A stretch of DNA of 64,000 nt, from contig JBIIQC010000001.1 in assembly GCA_044342295.1 (NCBI GenBank), positions 16,529-80,528 on the forward strand, written 5' to 3'. Each line of letters opens with the position of its first letter. Within the stretch, counting starts at the first letter, position 1. Positions 1 to 9,930 of this stretch are shown here, one piece after another. This DNA is from Rhodoluna sp. GTDB lineage: Bacteria; Actinomycetota; Actinomycetes; Actinomycetales; Microbacteriaceae. The position numbers and the translations under genes are program-made. The notes below the pieces were generated by a model. The model did no database searches, was not told the DNA's origin, and saw only the letters and a program-made list of their open reading frames with translations.

Positions 1-1152
1 ATCTGGCAAAACATTAAGGATTCACTCATCCTTCCCTTCTTAGATGTCGAGCTGGACTACTTCGATCTTTCCATTGAAAATCGTGACGCAACTGACGATC
101 AAGTGACCGTTGATGCCGCTAACGCAATCAAGAAGCACGGTGTTGGGGTTAAGTGTGCGACTATTACTCCCGATGAGGCCAGAGTCAAAGAGTTTGGTCT
201 AAAAAAGATGTGGAAGTCCCCAAACGGAACAATCCGAAACATTCTTGACGGGGTTGTTTTCAGAGAGCCAATTATCATCTCCAACGTGCCACGTCTGGTT
301 CCTGGTTGGACCAAGCCGATTGTCATCGGTCGTCATGCCCACGGTGATCAGTACAAAGCAACCGACATAAAGATCCCAGGCAAGGGAACTGTCACCATGA
401 CCTACACCCCAGAATCTGGTGAAGCCCAGACCTGGACTATCGCAGATTACCCAGCATCCGGCGGTGTTGCGATGGGTATGTATAACTACATGGACTCAAT
501 CCGTGACTTCGCTAGGGCTTCTTTCAACTACGGATTGGCCAGAAACTACCCGGTTTACCTATCAACTAAAAACACAATCTTAAAAGCATATGATGGCGCT
601 TTCAAGGACGCTTTCCAGGAAGTGTTTGACGCCGAATATGCAGACAAGTTCAAGGCCGCAGGAATTACCTACGAGCATCGTCTAATCGATGACATGGTGG
701 CTGCTTCTTTGAAGTGGGAAGGTGGCTACGTTTGGGCTTGCAAGAACTACGACGGCGATGTTCAGTCTGACACCGTGGCACAGGGTTTTGGTTCTCTAGG
801 TCTGATGACCTCGGTTCTAACCAGCCCAGATGCCAAGACAGCCTTGGCTGAAGCAGCTCACGGAACTGTAACCCGTCACTACCGCCAGCACCAGGCAGGT
901 CAGAAGACATCTACTAATCCGATTGCCTCTATCTACGCTTGGACCAGGGGTCTTATGCACCGAGCCAAGTTGGATGGAACTCCAGAGGTTCAGAAATTTG
1001 CTGAGACTCTAGAAGATGTTGTAATCAAGACTGTTGAGTCTGGAAAAATGACCAAGGATCTTGCCGCGCTGGTAGGACCCAACCAGCCGTACCAAACCAC
1101 CGAAGAGTTTATGCAGTCGCTAGCAGAAAATTTGCAGCAGCGTCTAAAGTAA
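1..1152 (+). CDS. icd: NADP-dependent isocitrate dehydrogenase (5'-partial; frame open from base 1)
   Basis: Frame 1 reads [35 protein letters not shown] into the ORF; motifs [36 protein letters not shown]. Confidence 0.97.
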   Translation: MWQNIKDSLILPFLDVELDYFDLSIENRDATDDQVTVDAANAIKKHGVGVKCATITPDEARVKEFGLKKMWKSPNGTIRNILDGVVFREPIIISNVPRLVPGWTKPIVIGRHAHGDQYKATDIKIPGKGTVTMTYTPESGEAQTWTIADYPASGGVAMGMYNYMDSIRDFARASFNYGLARNYPVYLSTKNTILKAYDGAFKDAFQEVFDAEYADKFKAAGITYEHRLIDDMVAASLKWEGGYVWACKNYDGDVQSDTVAQGFGSLGLMTSVLTSPDAKTALAEAAHGTVTRHYRQHQAGQKTSTNPIASIYAWTRGLMHRAKLDGTPEVQKFAETLEDVVIKTVESGKMTKDLAALVGPNQPYQTTEEFMQSLAENLQQRLK

Positions 1153-1161
1153 TCCACATTG

Positions 1162-1199
1162 TGTAAAACCCCTGACCGAAATCGGTCAGGGGTTTTACA
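1162..1199. terminator. Intrinsic terminator hairpin after icd
   Basis: TGTAAAACCCCTGACCGA / TCGGTCAGGGGTTTTACA perfect inverted repeat 10 nt after the stop. Confidence 0.85.
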
Positions 1200-1207
1200 T
1201 TTGCGGG

Positions 1208-3010
1208 ATGAAAAAATTAAAGTACTCTTCGATAACCGCAACCCTATTGGCCATTGGAATTTCGGCAGGAACACTCGGTGCGATACCGGCAACCGCAAAC
1301 TACGTTGAAAGTTGCTACGAGCAAAACTGCACCGTTTGGTTTTCCCATACGGGTGAGATTCAAACTTGGCACCCTCCGATAAACGCACGTAACATGACAT
1401 TCCAGGTCTCTGGAGGTCAGGGTGGAAAAAGTGGTGGTCAGGGTGGTCGCGTTACTGGAACTTTGACTCAAATTCCTTCGACGCTTTACATCGCTGTAGC
1501 GGGTGCTGGAATAACAGGCCAAGCGGCAGCTGGTGGCTTTAACGGAGGTGGCGCAGCTGGATCAGGCTCGAACAACGAAGGATCTGGAGGCGGTTCCAGT
1601 GACATCAGGTTAGGCACCAGTGTCGAATCAAGAATCGTTGTTGCCGGAGGAGGCGGTGGTCGCGGTGCTGGAATTACTCCAACCGCTAGCCCGGGCGGTG
1701 GTCTTGTTGCTGCTGCCGGAAAAGATGGCCAGGGACAAGGTGGAGGAGGTGGTTCACAAACTTCTGGAGGCTACGGGGGAGCTGCTAACGGACTTGGAAC
1801 CTCGGGGTCAGCTGGCTCGCTACTTACTGGCGGAAAAGGTGGTTCGAGCGATCTCTACGGTGGAGGCGGTGGAGGCGGTGGCTACTTCGGTGGAGGTGGC
1901 GGTGGTTCCGACACTGACAGCTCGGGTAATGACGCGGGAGCAGGTGGAGGTGGATCCTCTTTTGCAGATCCTTCCTACACATCAAACATTACGCACTTCA
2001 CGGGCGTCAAAAGCGGCCATGGATTGGTGATGATTGAATACCAACTGGTTCCGCTGTTTCAATCGATTGGCTCGGAAATACAACTAACCAATTCGTCCTC
2101 TGTTGATTTTCAAATTGAACTTAGTGACACATTCTTAAACTTTTCTGCCAGTCATATCGAAATAGTTGGTGATTCAGGAACCTGCCAACCCGGAACTCTA
2201 AGTGGTAGCGGAACATCACTTGTTTACACAGTCACGGACTGCATCGATGGTGAAGTCGGAATTTCAATTCCAGCAAATTCAATTTCCGTTCAGGGTTACT
2301 CGGGTCCCGAAATGACTCAGAGCTCTGCACTGGTGGCTGTTGATCAGACTGCCCCAGATATAGTAGAGATCACACAAGAACAATCAGAACTGACTATTTC
2401 AATGACTGAGGCCGTATTACAACCCCAGCCCGAAGACTATCTCTTGACAAGTTCGAATAACACTTGCCAGGTCGGCTCGATTACAGCGGGCAGCGATCAA
2501 CTCTGGCAAGCATCACTTGTTGGTTGTGAAGACTCAAGCTTTTCCTTCACAATTCTTGCTAACTCAGTTTCCGACTTAGCTGGCAACACTGGACCAGCGC
2601 AGGACACTTCTTTTGAAGTTGTAGTCCCGGTACCGGTAGCAGCCCCTTCCCCGGAGCCAACCATATCGTCGGCACCAGAAACAGTAACGGCTGCAGAGCC
2701 AACCGGACCAGCTGCAGCGCCGGTTACATCCAGCGCACCAACGACGCCAAATGTCCTAGAGGTACCGCCTCAAGAAAGCTCGCCTCCCGAAGCAGTGCTG
2801 GAAACAGCACCCACTGAAGATGCAGAAATTGCTCAATCCCCGCCTCAAAGAAGGCAAGCAGCTCAATCGGTTATCTCCGCTTCGAGCGATGCCGAACCAG
2901 TAAACTCGGATGTGGGCTGGACCGTTGGTCTCGCCATCGCCGGGGTCTTGCTTCTTGTGGCTGGGCTATCTTTGAGGCGACGAGGGATCTCGGATCTATT
3001 AGTTGGCTAG
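1208..3010 (+). CDS. Secreted, membrane-anchored glycine-rich surface protein with Ig-like domains
   Basis: Signal peptide; GGGG-rich domain with GGGSSDIR and IVVAGGGGG motifs; beta-rich region with VDQTAP and DLAGN motifs typical of bacterial Ig-like folds; P/A/S linker; C-terminal TM followed by RRR. Confidence 0.7.
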   Translation: MKKLKYSSITATLLAIGISAGTLGAIPATANYVESCYEQNCTVWFSHTGEIQTWHPPINARNMTFQVSGGQGGKSGGQGGRVTGTLTQIPSTLYIAVAGAGITGQAAAGGFNGGGAAGSGSNNEGSGGGSSDIRLGTSVESRIVVAGGGGGRGAGITPTASPGGGLVAAAGKDGQGQGGGGGSQTSGGYGGAANGLGTSGSAGSLLTGGKGGSSDLYGGGGGGGGYFGGGGGGSDTDSSGNDAGAGGGGSSFADPSYTSNITHFTGVKSGHGLVMIEYQLVPLFQSIGSEIQLTNSSSVDFQIELSDTFLNFSASHIEIVGDSGTCQPGTLSGSGTSLVYTVTDCIDGEVGISIPANSISVQGYSGPEMTQSSALVAVDQTAPDIVEITQEQSELTISMTEAVLQPQPEDYLLTSSNNTCQVGSITAGSDQLWQASLVGCEDSSFSFTILANSVSDLAGNTGPAQDTSFEVVVPVPVAAPSPEPTISSAPETVTAAEPTGPAAAPVTSSAPTTPNVLEVPPQESSPPEAVLETAPTEDAEIAQSPPQRRQAAQSVISASSDAEPVNSDVGWTVGLAIAGVLLLVAGLSLRRRGISDLLVG

Positions 3011-3069
3011 AAGAGTCACGGGGCCGGAAACTTAGGCTCTGGTAAGCTACTAAAAACGAGGAGCCCCGA

Positions 3070-4356
3070 TTGACTACCAGTAGCCAACCATCGAATTTTT
3101 CTAAGCCTCTTTCTGAGACCGATCCAGAAATTGCTGCTGTATTGCAGCAGGAGCTTGATCGCCAAAGACACACGCTAGAAATGATTGCGAGTGAGAACTT
3201 TGTCTCAAGGGGAATTCTAGAAGCTCAGGGCTCGGTACTTACTAATAAGTACGCCGAAGGCTATCCGGGCAAGAGGTACTACGGTGGTTGCGAAGTTGTT
3301 GACGTTGCCGAAGAGCTAGCTCGCACACGAGCCAAAGAGCTTTTTGGAGCAGAGCACGCAAACGTTCAGCCACATTCCGGAGCAACCGCTAACGCAGCGC
3401 TGATGATGGCACTTGCAAAACCAGGCGATCGTATTTTGGGACTTGAGCTTGCTCACGGTGGCCACCTAACTCATGGAATGAAGTTGAACTTCTCGGGTCA
3501 AACCTACGAGCCACACGCCTATGGACTAAACCCAGAAACAAACTTAATTGATATGGAAATTGTTCGAGCTCGTGCGCTTGAAACTAAACCAAAAGTTTTG
3601 ATTGCCGGCTGGTCTGCTTACTCAAGACATCTTGATTTTGCAGCATTCCGCTCAATTGCTGATGAAGTTGGAGCAAAACTTTGGGTGGACATGGCTCACT
3701 TTGCCGGCCTAGTTGCCGCAGGATTACACCCATCACCTGTTCCATACGCTGACGTTGTCTCGACAACTGTGCACAAAACCCTTGGTGGACCTAGGTCTGG
3801 TTTGATTCTTTGCAAGGAAGAGTATGCCAAGAAGATTGACATGGGAGTATTCCCGGGTCAGCAGGGTGGACCTCTTATGCACGTGATTGCTGCCAAAGCG
3901 GTGGCATTCAAGGCTGCGATGAGCCCTGAGTTCAAGGAGCGCCAGCAGCGCACAATCGAAGGCGCAAGAATTATCGCCGAGCGTCTTGTTCAGCCCGATG
4001 TTGTGGCGAACGGAGTTTCCATATTGACCGGTGGAACTGATGTGCACTTGGTTTTGGTAGATCTTCGTAATGCCCCAATCGACGGAAAAGAAACTGAAAA
4101 CTTACTGCACGATGCGGGTATCACCGTGAATCGAAACTCTGTCCCGAACGACCCAAGGCCACCAATGGTGACCTCTGGTGTTCGAATTGGAACCCCAGCC
4201 CTTGCCACTCGTGGGTTCGGGGCAACCGAGTTCACCGAGGTCGCGGACATCATCGCTCAGGTATTGCTTCCAAACCCAGATACCCAAGCTCTAAAGGCTA
4301 GAGTTCGAGTTCTTACCGAGAAGTTCCCACTTTATTCCGGCCTAGAGAACTGGTAG
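3070..4356 (+). CDS. glyA: Serine hydroxymethyltransferase
   Basis: [33 protein letters not shown] (PLP lysine); SD GAGGAG before TTG. Confidence 0.98.
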   Translation: MTTSSQPSNFSKPLSETDPEIAAVLQQELDRQRHTLEMIASENFVSRGILEAQGSVLTNKYAEGYPGKRYYGGCEVVDVAEELARTRAKELFGAEHANVQPHSGATANAALMMALAKPGDRILGLELAHGGHLTHGMKLNFSGQTYEPHAYGLNPETNLIDMEIVRARALETKPKVLIAGWSAYSRHLDFAAFRSIADEVGAKLWVDMAHFAGLVAAGLHPSPVPYADVVSTTVHKTLGGPRSGLILCKEEYAKKIDMGVFPGQQGGPLMHVIAAKAVAFKAAMSPEFKERQQRTIEGARIIAERLVQPDVVANGVSILTGGTDVHLVLVDLRNAPIDGKETENLLHDAGITVNRNSVPNDPRPPMVTSGVRIGTPALATRGFGATEFTEVADIIAQVLLPNPDTQALKARVRVLTEKFPLYSGLENW

Positions 4357-4359
4357 CAC

Positions 4360-5214
4360 TTGAGTGCCACAATTCTTGATGGCTTAGCCACCGCTAAGGC
4401 CATAAAGAAAGAAATTACAACCCAAGTTGCTGAACTAAAAAAACGCGGCATAACCCCAGGTCTTGGAACCTTGCTGGTTGGAGATGACCCAGGTTCGCAT
4501 GCCTACGTGTCGGGCAAACATCGTGACTGTGCCGAAGTTGGAATCAAGTCCATCCGAATTGATCTGCCAGCAAGCGCTTCGAAGTCGGATATCCTAAATG
4601 CCATTAACGAGTTGAACTCATCCAAGGATGTCACCGGCTACATCATTCAGCTTCCTCTTCCTGTGGGAATTCATTCACTCGAGCTTCTTGAACTGATTGA
4701 CCCAGCAAAAGATGCCGATGGCTTGCATCCAGTGAACCTTGGCCGATTAGTTCTGAACGTTTCGGGTGAAATGAGATCCCCAGTTCCTTGCACACCGGCT
4801 GGAATTGTTGAACTACTTCGTAGGCATGATGTTTCACTAAGCGGCAAACAGGTAGCGGTGCTTGGCAGGGGAGTAACTGTTGGCAGACCGCTAGGGTTGC
4901 TACTTACTAGAAAAGGAATCGATGCAACAGTAACTCTGTTGCATTCGGCGAGTAAAAACATTCCCGAAGCTTTGCAAAGTGCCGATGTGATTGTTGCCGC
5001 TATTGGTGTTCCGCATTTTGTGAAGCCAGAGTGGGTCAAAAAAGGCGCTGCGGTATTGGATGTTGGCATCAGCAGAACAGAAGGCAGCAAGCTTGTGGGG
5101 GATGTTGACCCAAAGGTTTCAGAAGTTGCAGGTTTCTTGTCTCCAAACCCAGGAGGTGTGGGTCCAATGACCCGCGCGATGCTTCTCCAGAATGTAATTC
5201 AGCTGGCAAAATAG
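4360..5214 (+). CDS. folD: Bifunctional methylenetetrahydrofolate dehydrogenase/cyclohydrolase
   Basis: [27 protein letters not shown] motifs; follows glyA. Confidence 0.97.
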   Translation: MSATILDGLATAKAIKKEITTQVAELKKRGITPGLGTLLVGDDPGSHAYVSGKHRDCAEVGIKSIRIDLPASASKSDILNAINELNSSKDVTGYIIQLPLPVGIHSLELLELIDPAKDADGLHPVNLGRLVLNVSGEMRSPVPCTPAGIVELLRRHDVSLSGKQVAVLGRGVTVGRPLGLLLTRKGIDATVTLLHSASKNIPEALQSADVIVAAIGVPHFVKPEWVKKGAAVLDVGISRTEGSKLVGDVDPKVSEVAGFLSPNPGGVGPMTRAMLLQNVIQLAK

Positions 5215-5229
5215 CAAAAGGAGCTTCTA

Positions 5230-5895
5230 ATGAGTCAGCAAGGCTGGAGTTCGTTCCTATCTTCTGAGGGCCTCGAAGACTGGGTGGTCTTACACGGTGG
5301 CCCTACAGCAGTATTTAGGACCAAGAATCTCGTTGACGCAACTAACCTAGCTCAATCAATTGCGCAGGTGCCGGGTCTTCATGGAACTCACGCTCAGATA
5401 ACCATCGTTACAAATCGGTTGACGGTACGACTAACTCGTGAGGTTTGGAATATCGAGGAAGAGCATATTGAGCTCGCGCGTACCATTTCTAAAGTGGTAA
5501 ATTCTCATGGTGCGGTTGCTGACCCGATACAAGTTCAAGAAATCCAATTTGCAATTTCCGCAAAGCCAAATTCAATAGATCTTGAATTTTGGCGCGCCGT
5601 CCTTGGCTATGAGCCGATGCTTGATGACAATGCCATAGACCCGCTCGGGATTGGCTCGACAGTGTGGATGCAGGAGTTGGAAGAGAACAAATCACTTAAA
5701 CATGCGATGCACATTGATGTATCGATTTCCAAAGAGCACGCAGAAGCAAGGCTCGCGGCTGCAGTAAAGGCTGGAGGTTCAGTGGTGGACGATTCAAATG
5801 CTCCCGCTTGGTGGACTTTATCGGACAGTGCAGGCAATAAAGTTTGTCTAGTGTCTTGGCCAGACGGGGCAAAAAATCCTCGAGATGAAAAGTAG
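5230..5895 (+). CDS. Pterin-4a-carbinolamine dehydratase-like/VOC (glyoxalase-like) fusion protein
   Basis: C-terminal FWRAVLGY, MHIDV, AAVKAGG, WWTLSDSAGNKVCL (VOC); PCD-like N-terminal half. Confidence 0.7.
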   Translation: MSQQGWSSFLSSEGLEDWVVLHGGPTAVFRTKNLVDATNLAQSIAQVPGLHGTHAQITIVTNRLTVRLTREVWNIEEEHIELARTISKVVNSHGAVADPIQVQEIQFAISAKPNSIDLEFWRAVLGYEPMLDDNAIDPLGIGSTVWMQELEENKSLKHAMHIDVSISKEHAEARLAAAVKAGGSVVDDSNAPAWWTLSDSAGNKVCLVSWPDGAKNPRDEK

Positions 5896-5949
5896 CACTT
5901 ACCCATCCAGAAATGGACCGCCAGTCAGTCACACAAGACTCTGATTTCT

Positions 5950-6783
5950 CTAAAACTTTGACCGAATTGCCCATAGGTCAGCAAATACGGGCCTAAACAG
6001 AGTGCTTGCTAGGTAGCCAACCCCTGCAGATCCACCGGTTCCCATCTTTGCTCCAATTGTTCGCTCGACCATCTTTACGTGACGGTAACGCCACTCCTGA
6101 AATCCCTCGTCGAGATCCATGAGGGCTTCGCCAACCATGTTGGCTTCTGGATCATTTCGATGGGCTGTAAGTAATACTTCTTGAACCTCTTCGTTTGCCT
6201 CATAAGGAACTGAAACGTCTCGATCCAGAACACCCCTTGGCATTTTGTGACCACGAGAGTCAAAGAATCTCAGGGCGCTGTCGTAAAGGCTTGCCCTACT
6301 CATAGCAGCCTCGACTTTGTTTCTAGCGCTTGATCCAGGAACAAGGTGTGATGCCATCGACATCCCGGTTCCAGCCTTGGCATCCGATCCTGCCTGGTCG
6401 CGTCTTCCAAGAACCGCTTCTAGCTCGCGAAACTGCGCTGATTGAAAACCTGATGCTGAACTTAGTCGACCGCGGAAAGAGTTGAACTGCAGCGGGGTCA
6501 TTGTTTCCAAAATGTCTAGCTGCGCGACACAAGTTTTCATTATGGTTTTCATCCGACCAAGTATTGAAAGAGATCTATGAGTTTGGGATCCCTCAAGAGC
6601 GACCTGCAGTGCTGCACTTTCGTGCAAGAGTTGCTTGAACCAAAGCTCATACACCTGGTGAATTGTTATGAATAGAAGCTCATCATGCTCTGGTCCATCA
6701 GATAGTGGCTGTTGTAAATCAAGTAGCTCATCAACCTTTAGGTAGCTGGTGTAGGTGACTGCTTTGTCATGCTGTTCGCTCAT
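5950..6783 (-). CDS. kynA: Tryptophan 2,3-dioxygenase
   Basis: YTSYL, HDELLFITIHQVYELWFKQ, SGFQSAQFRELE, WRYRH, GTGGSAG. Confidence 0.96.
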   Translation of the reverse strand: MSEQHDKAVTYTSYLKVDELLDLQQPLSDGPEHDELLFITIHQVYELWFKQLLHESAALQVALEGSQTHRSLSILGRMKTIMKTCVAQLDILETMTPLQFNSFRGRLSSASGFQSAQFRELEAVLGRRDQAGSDAKAGTGMSMASHLVPGSSARNKVEAAMSRASLYDSALRFFDSRGHKMPRGVLDRDVSVPYEANEEVQEVLLTAHRNDPEANMVGEALMDLDEGFQEWRYRHVKMVERTIGAKMGTGGSAGVGYLASTLFRPVFADLWAIRSKF

Positions 6784-8106
6784 TTAGGTAACTCGGTTTC
6801 CACTCTCTTGAATTTTCTCGTAGTCCTTGCGCGAAACGGAATCTCTAATTCTTTCGAAACCATCAAAGACCTCAACGAAGCTAGTTGGTAACGGGGAAAT
6901 TGCCAGCCTTATGGAATTTGGCATCCTGTAGTCAGGAACCACTTGGGCAAACTGTCTCAAGGCTGCTGCTATTCTCTTGGCTTCTGGATGTCCGATTGTG
7001 ATGTGACCTCCGCGAAGGCGGTGGTCTCTGGGAGTCAAGAGCGTGAAGCCCAATGGAACAAGCCAGGCATCAAACAGAGCGATCATTAGCTCGGTCCCAA
7101 TAGCTGCTTTTTTGGCAATACGGGAAATTCCTGCCCGCTCAATCATTTCGTAGCTAGCTTGCACAGCTCTAATACCAACTATTGACGGGCTCGCGATCTG
7201 AAAGCCGCGAATACCTGGGTTCTTATCAAAAACGGGACCCATGGCAAACTGATCGTCTTGGGCAAACCAACCTTGAATTGGCACTTTCAAGCTGGACTGA
7301 AGCTCCTTTCGAACATATAACCAAGCCGGCGAACCAGGCCCGCTGTTGCCGTACTTATAGGTACAGCCAACGGCCAAGTCCACTCCATTGGCGTCAAAAT
7401 CTAGTTCTACGGAGCCACCAGCGTGAGATGCGTCCCACACAACCAACCCGCCGTAGGAGCGAACCAAATCGGTTATTGCCTTGAGGTTTGCCCTGGCTCC
7501 AGATCGGTAGTTGACCGCCTGAAGTGTCACTAAAGCAACATCGGTGCTCAAAAATGGCGCTAGCAGTTCAGCTGTTAACAGCTCATTCTCGGACGCAATT
7601 TTTACTGAGCCTGGACCACCGGTTCCGTCGGTATCTAGAGTGATTAGCGTCAAATTGAATTGCTCTGCAATTCCCTGAACTACAAATCGGTCGGTGGGGA
7701 AGTTAGCTGAGTCGATGATGATTGTTTTTCGCTCCGGACGAGCCTTAATCGCCGCCACACACAGTTGATAAAAATTCACACTCGTAGTGTCACAAACCAA
7801 TACTTGACCACTTGCGGCACCAAGAGTTGCTCTTCCTAGAAGATCTCCCGCGGGCTGAGCCTCGTCAATCCAATGACTCCAACCATCAACTAGCTCTGTT
7901 CCCCACTCGTTGGTTAGAAAATCAGAAACTCGATCAATAGTTGCAAGTGGTAAGCGACCAAGCGAGTTTCCGTCCAGGTAACAAAGTGACTCATCTTTGA
8001 TGAAGAACTCTTTACGAAATTCCTTGAGTTCGTCGGCCTGATCTAGAAGTTCAGCGGTGTTTCTGGAAAGTAGGTCGCCGATTCCTCTAAGCAGTGGGTA
8101 GTTCAT
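6784..8106 (-). CDS. kynU: Kynureninase
   Basis: YLDGNSLG, WDASH, GCTYKYGNSGPG PLP motif, RGGH; abuts kynA. Confidence 0.95.
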   Translation of the reverse strand: MNYPLLRGIGDLLSRNTAELLDQADELKEFRKEFFIKDESLCYLDGNSLGRLPLATIDRVSDFLTNEWGTELVDGWSHWIDEAQPAGDLLGRATLGAASGQVLVCDTTSVNFYQLCVAAIKARPERKTIIIDSANFPTDRFVVQGIAEQFNLTLITLDTDGTGGPGSVKIASENELLTAELLAPFLSTDVALVTLQAVNYRSGARANLKAITDLVRSYGGLVVWDASHAGGSVELDFDANGVDLAVGCTYKYGNSGPGSPAWLYVRKELQSSLKVPIQGWFAQDDQFAMGPVFDKNPGIRGFQIASPSIVGIRAVQASYEMIERAGISRIAKKAAIGTELMIALFDAWLVPLGFTLLTPRDHRLRGGHITIGHPEAKRIAAALRQFAQVVPDYRMPNSIRLAISPLPTSFVEVFDGFERIRDSVSRKDYEKIQESGNRVT

Positions 8107-8139
8107 GAGTTTTAGCCTAGCCCGAACAAAGAGCTCGAG

Positions 8140-9927
8140 TTACACCAGGAGCTGGTGCTTGGCCAACTGTTTGTATAGCGGCGTGGACTTTACGAGCTGA
8201 GAGTGAGTTCCTGAGCCGACGACCTTGCCCTGGTCCAGAACGATAATCAAGTCGCTATCCACAACCGTCGAAAGCCTGTGAGCGATAACAATCATGGTTC
8301 TACCTTGGGCAACCGCGTCAATTGCCTCTCTCATGTGCTGCTCATTTAGTCCATCGAGAGCAGATGTGGCTTCGTCAAGAATCAGAATCGGTGGAGCTGC
8401 TAGCAGTGTCCTGGCTATCGCAAGGCGCTGCCGCTCTCCTCCAGAGAGCATGATTCCAGCCTCTCCAACTTCGGCGTCTAAGCCCCGCTTATCCCTCTTG
8501 AGCACGGCTGTTAGATTCACTTCGCCCAATACAAATTTCAGCTCTTTATCCGTGGCATTCGGCGAACCAATTAGCAAGTTCTCCCTAAGAGAGCCGGCTA
8601 GCACAGGAGCATCTTGCTCGACATAGCCAATCTGAGAACGCAAGGCGTCGCGTGAGAGCTCAGTAACAGGTGTGCCCTCAAGCAGAATCTCGCCCGAGGT
8701 TGGTTCGTAGAAGCGTTCAATAAGGGAAAAGACAGTTGATTTTCCAGCACCAGATGGTCCAACCAGCGCAACCCGGTCACCGGTCTTTATCTTGAAACTC
8801 ACAGAGTCTAAAACTAGTTTCCCGTCGCGATGCTCTTCCGCAGAGGCGTAGGCAAAGCTAACCTTCTTGAACTCGATAGCGTTTTGAGTTCTTTTTGGCT
8901 TAGAAGTTTGGGCAGATTCGGAAGCGCTCTCTTCGAGAGGTAGCTGAAGGATCTCTTCAATTCGAGCAAGAGCACCTAACGCGCTCATAACCGAGCTGTA
9001 TGCACCAAACGCTTGACCAAGTGGCCTGATCATCAAGAACATCAAAAGAATAAATGTAACTAGATTTGCAACCGAAGTTTCTCCAGCTGCAACGCGGTAG
9101 CCACCAACACCTAGTACAACAATGAACGCTGCGTTTGATGCCACACCCGCAATCGGCGATATCAACGCGTTGATTTTTGCAATCTTGACACCTTGAATGT
9201 AGGCCTCATTGGCGTCGTTGCTGATGCCTTCGGTTTCTCTCGACTCGGCTCTAGCTGCGCGAATTGTTCTTACCGCAGAAAGTGCCCGCTCCACGGATGC
9301 GGCCATGTCGCCAACTCGTTGCTGTGCTTTTGTGGTTGCCGATCTAATCTGTCTGGCTGAAACCACAATGGAAGCAACAGCAACGGAGATCATTCCAAGA
9401 GTAAGTAGCAACAAGAATGGGTCAATAAAAGCCATGGCGATGATTGCCCCAACAAAAATGAGCACACCACCGGCTGCATCAATAAGTCCTTGAGTTAGAA
9501 CCGCTCGCAATAAAGTGGTGTCGGAACCAACCCTAGAAACCAAGTCTCCGGTTCTTCTAAGGTCATACTCCAAGATAGGTAGCTTCAAAAGCCGCACGGC
9601 AAGCTTGTTCCGAGCTGATAAAACAACACCTTCGCCAGCTTTTGCCAACACGTAATACATAAATCCGCTGGCAATTCCGGCCCCAAGAATCACGAGAACC
9701 AGAATCATTGCTAGCTGTCCTACGTCTTCGCCGTTTTGTACGGCGGTAATTACCTGCCCTACTACCAGCGGCTGAGCCAGGCTCACCACCGCTCCAATTA
9801 GAGACAGCACCACCGCCACCACCAAAGCGGCTTTGTGTTCAAAAAGATAGGGAGTTAGCTGGCTGAATTTAGCTTTCGGTCCAGTGTCTTTAGGGCCTAG
9901 ATTTCTTCCTCTGCCTGCCATGCTCAT
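8140..9927 (-). CDS. ABC exporter, fused permease/ATPase (multidrug/lipid-type)
   Basis: TM N-terminal domain; Walker A GPSGAGKS, LSGGERQR, LILDEATS, IAHRLST. Confidence 0.93.
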   Translation of the reverse strand: MSMAGRGRNLGPKDTGPKAKFSQLTPYLFEHKAALVVAVVLSLIGAVVSLAQPLVVGQVITAVQNGEDVGQLAMILVLVILGAGIASGFMYYVLAKAGEGVVLSARNKLAVRLLKLPILEYDLRRTGDLVSRVGSDTTLLRAVLTQGLIDAAGGVLIFVGAIIAMAFIDPFLLLLTLGMISVAVASIVVSARQIRSATTKAQQRVGDMAASVERALSAVRTIRAARAESRETEGISNDANEAYIQGVKIAKINALISPIAGVASNAAFIVVLGVGGYRVAAGETSVANLVTFILLMFLMIRPLGQAFGAYSSVMSALGALARIEEILQLPLEESASESAQTSKPKRTQNAIEFKKVSFAYASAEEHRDGKLVLDSVSFKIKTGDRVALVGPSGAGKSTVFSLIERFYEPTSGEILLEGTPVTELSRDALRSQIGYVEQDAPVLAGSLRENLLIGSPNATDKELKFVLGEVNLTAVLKRDKRGLDAEVGEAGIMLSGGERQRLAIARTLLAAPPILILDEATSALDGLNEQHMREAIDAVAQGRTMIVIAHRLSTVVDSDLIIVLDQGKVVGSGTHSQLVKSTPLYKQLAKHQLLV

Positions 9928-9930
9928 GTT

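Noticed and set aside
3011-3069. ZMP/ZTP or glycine riboswitch upstream of glyA
   Set aside because: The spacer is only 59 nt with a -10-like TAAGCT and an SD; no aptamer consensus is visible
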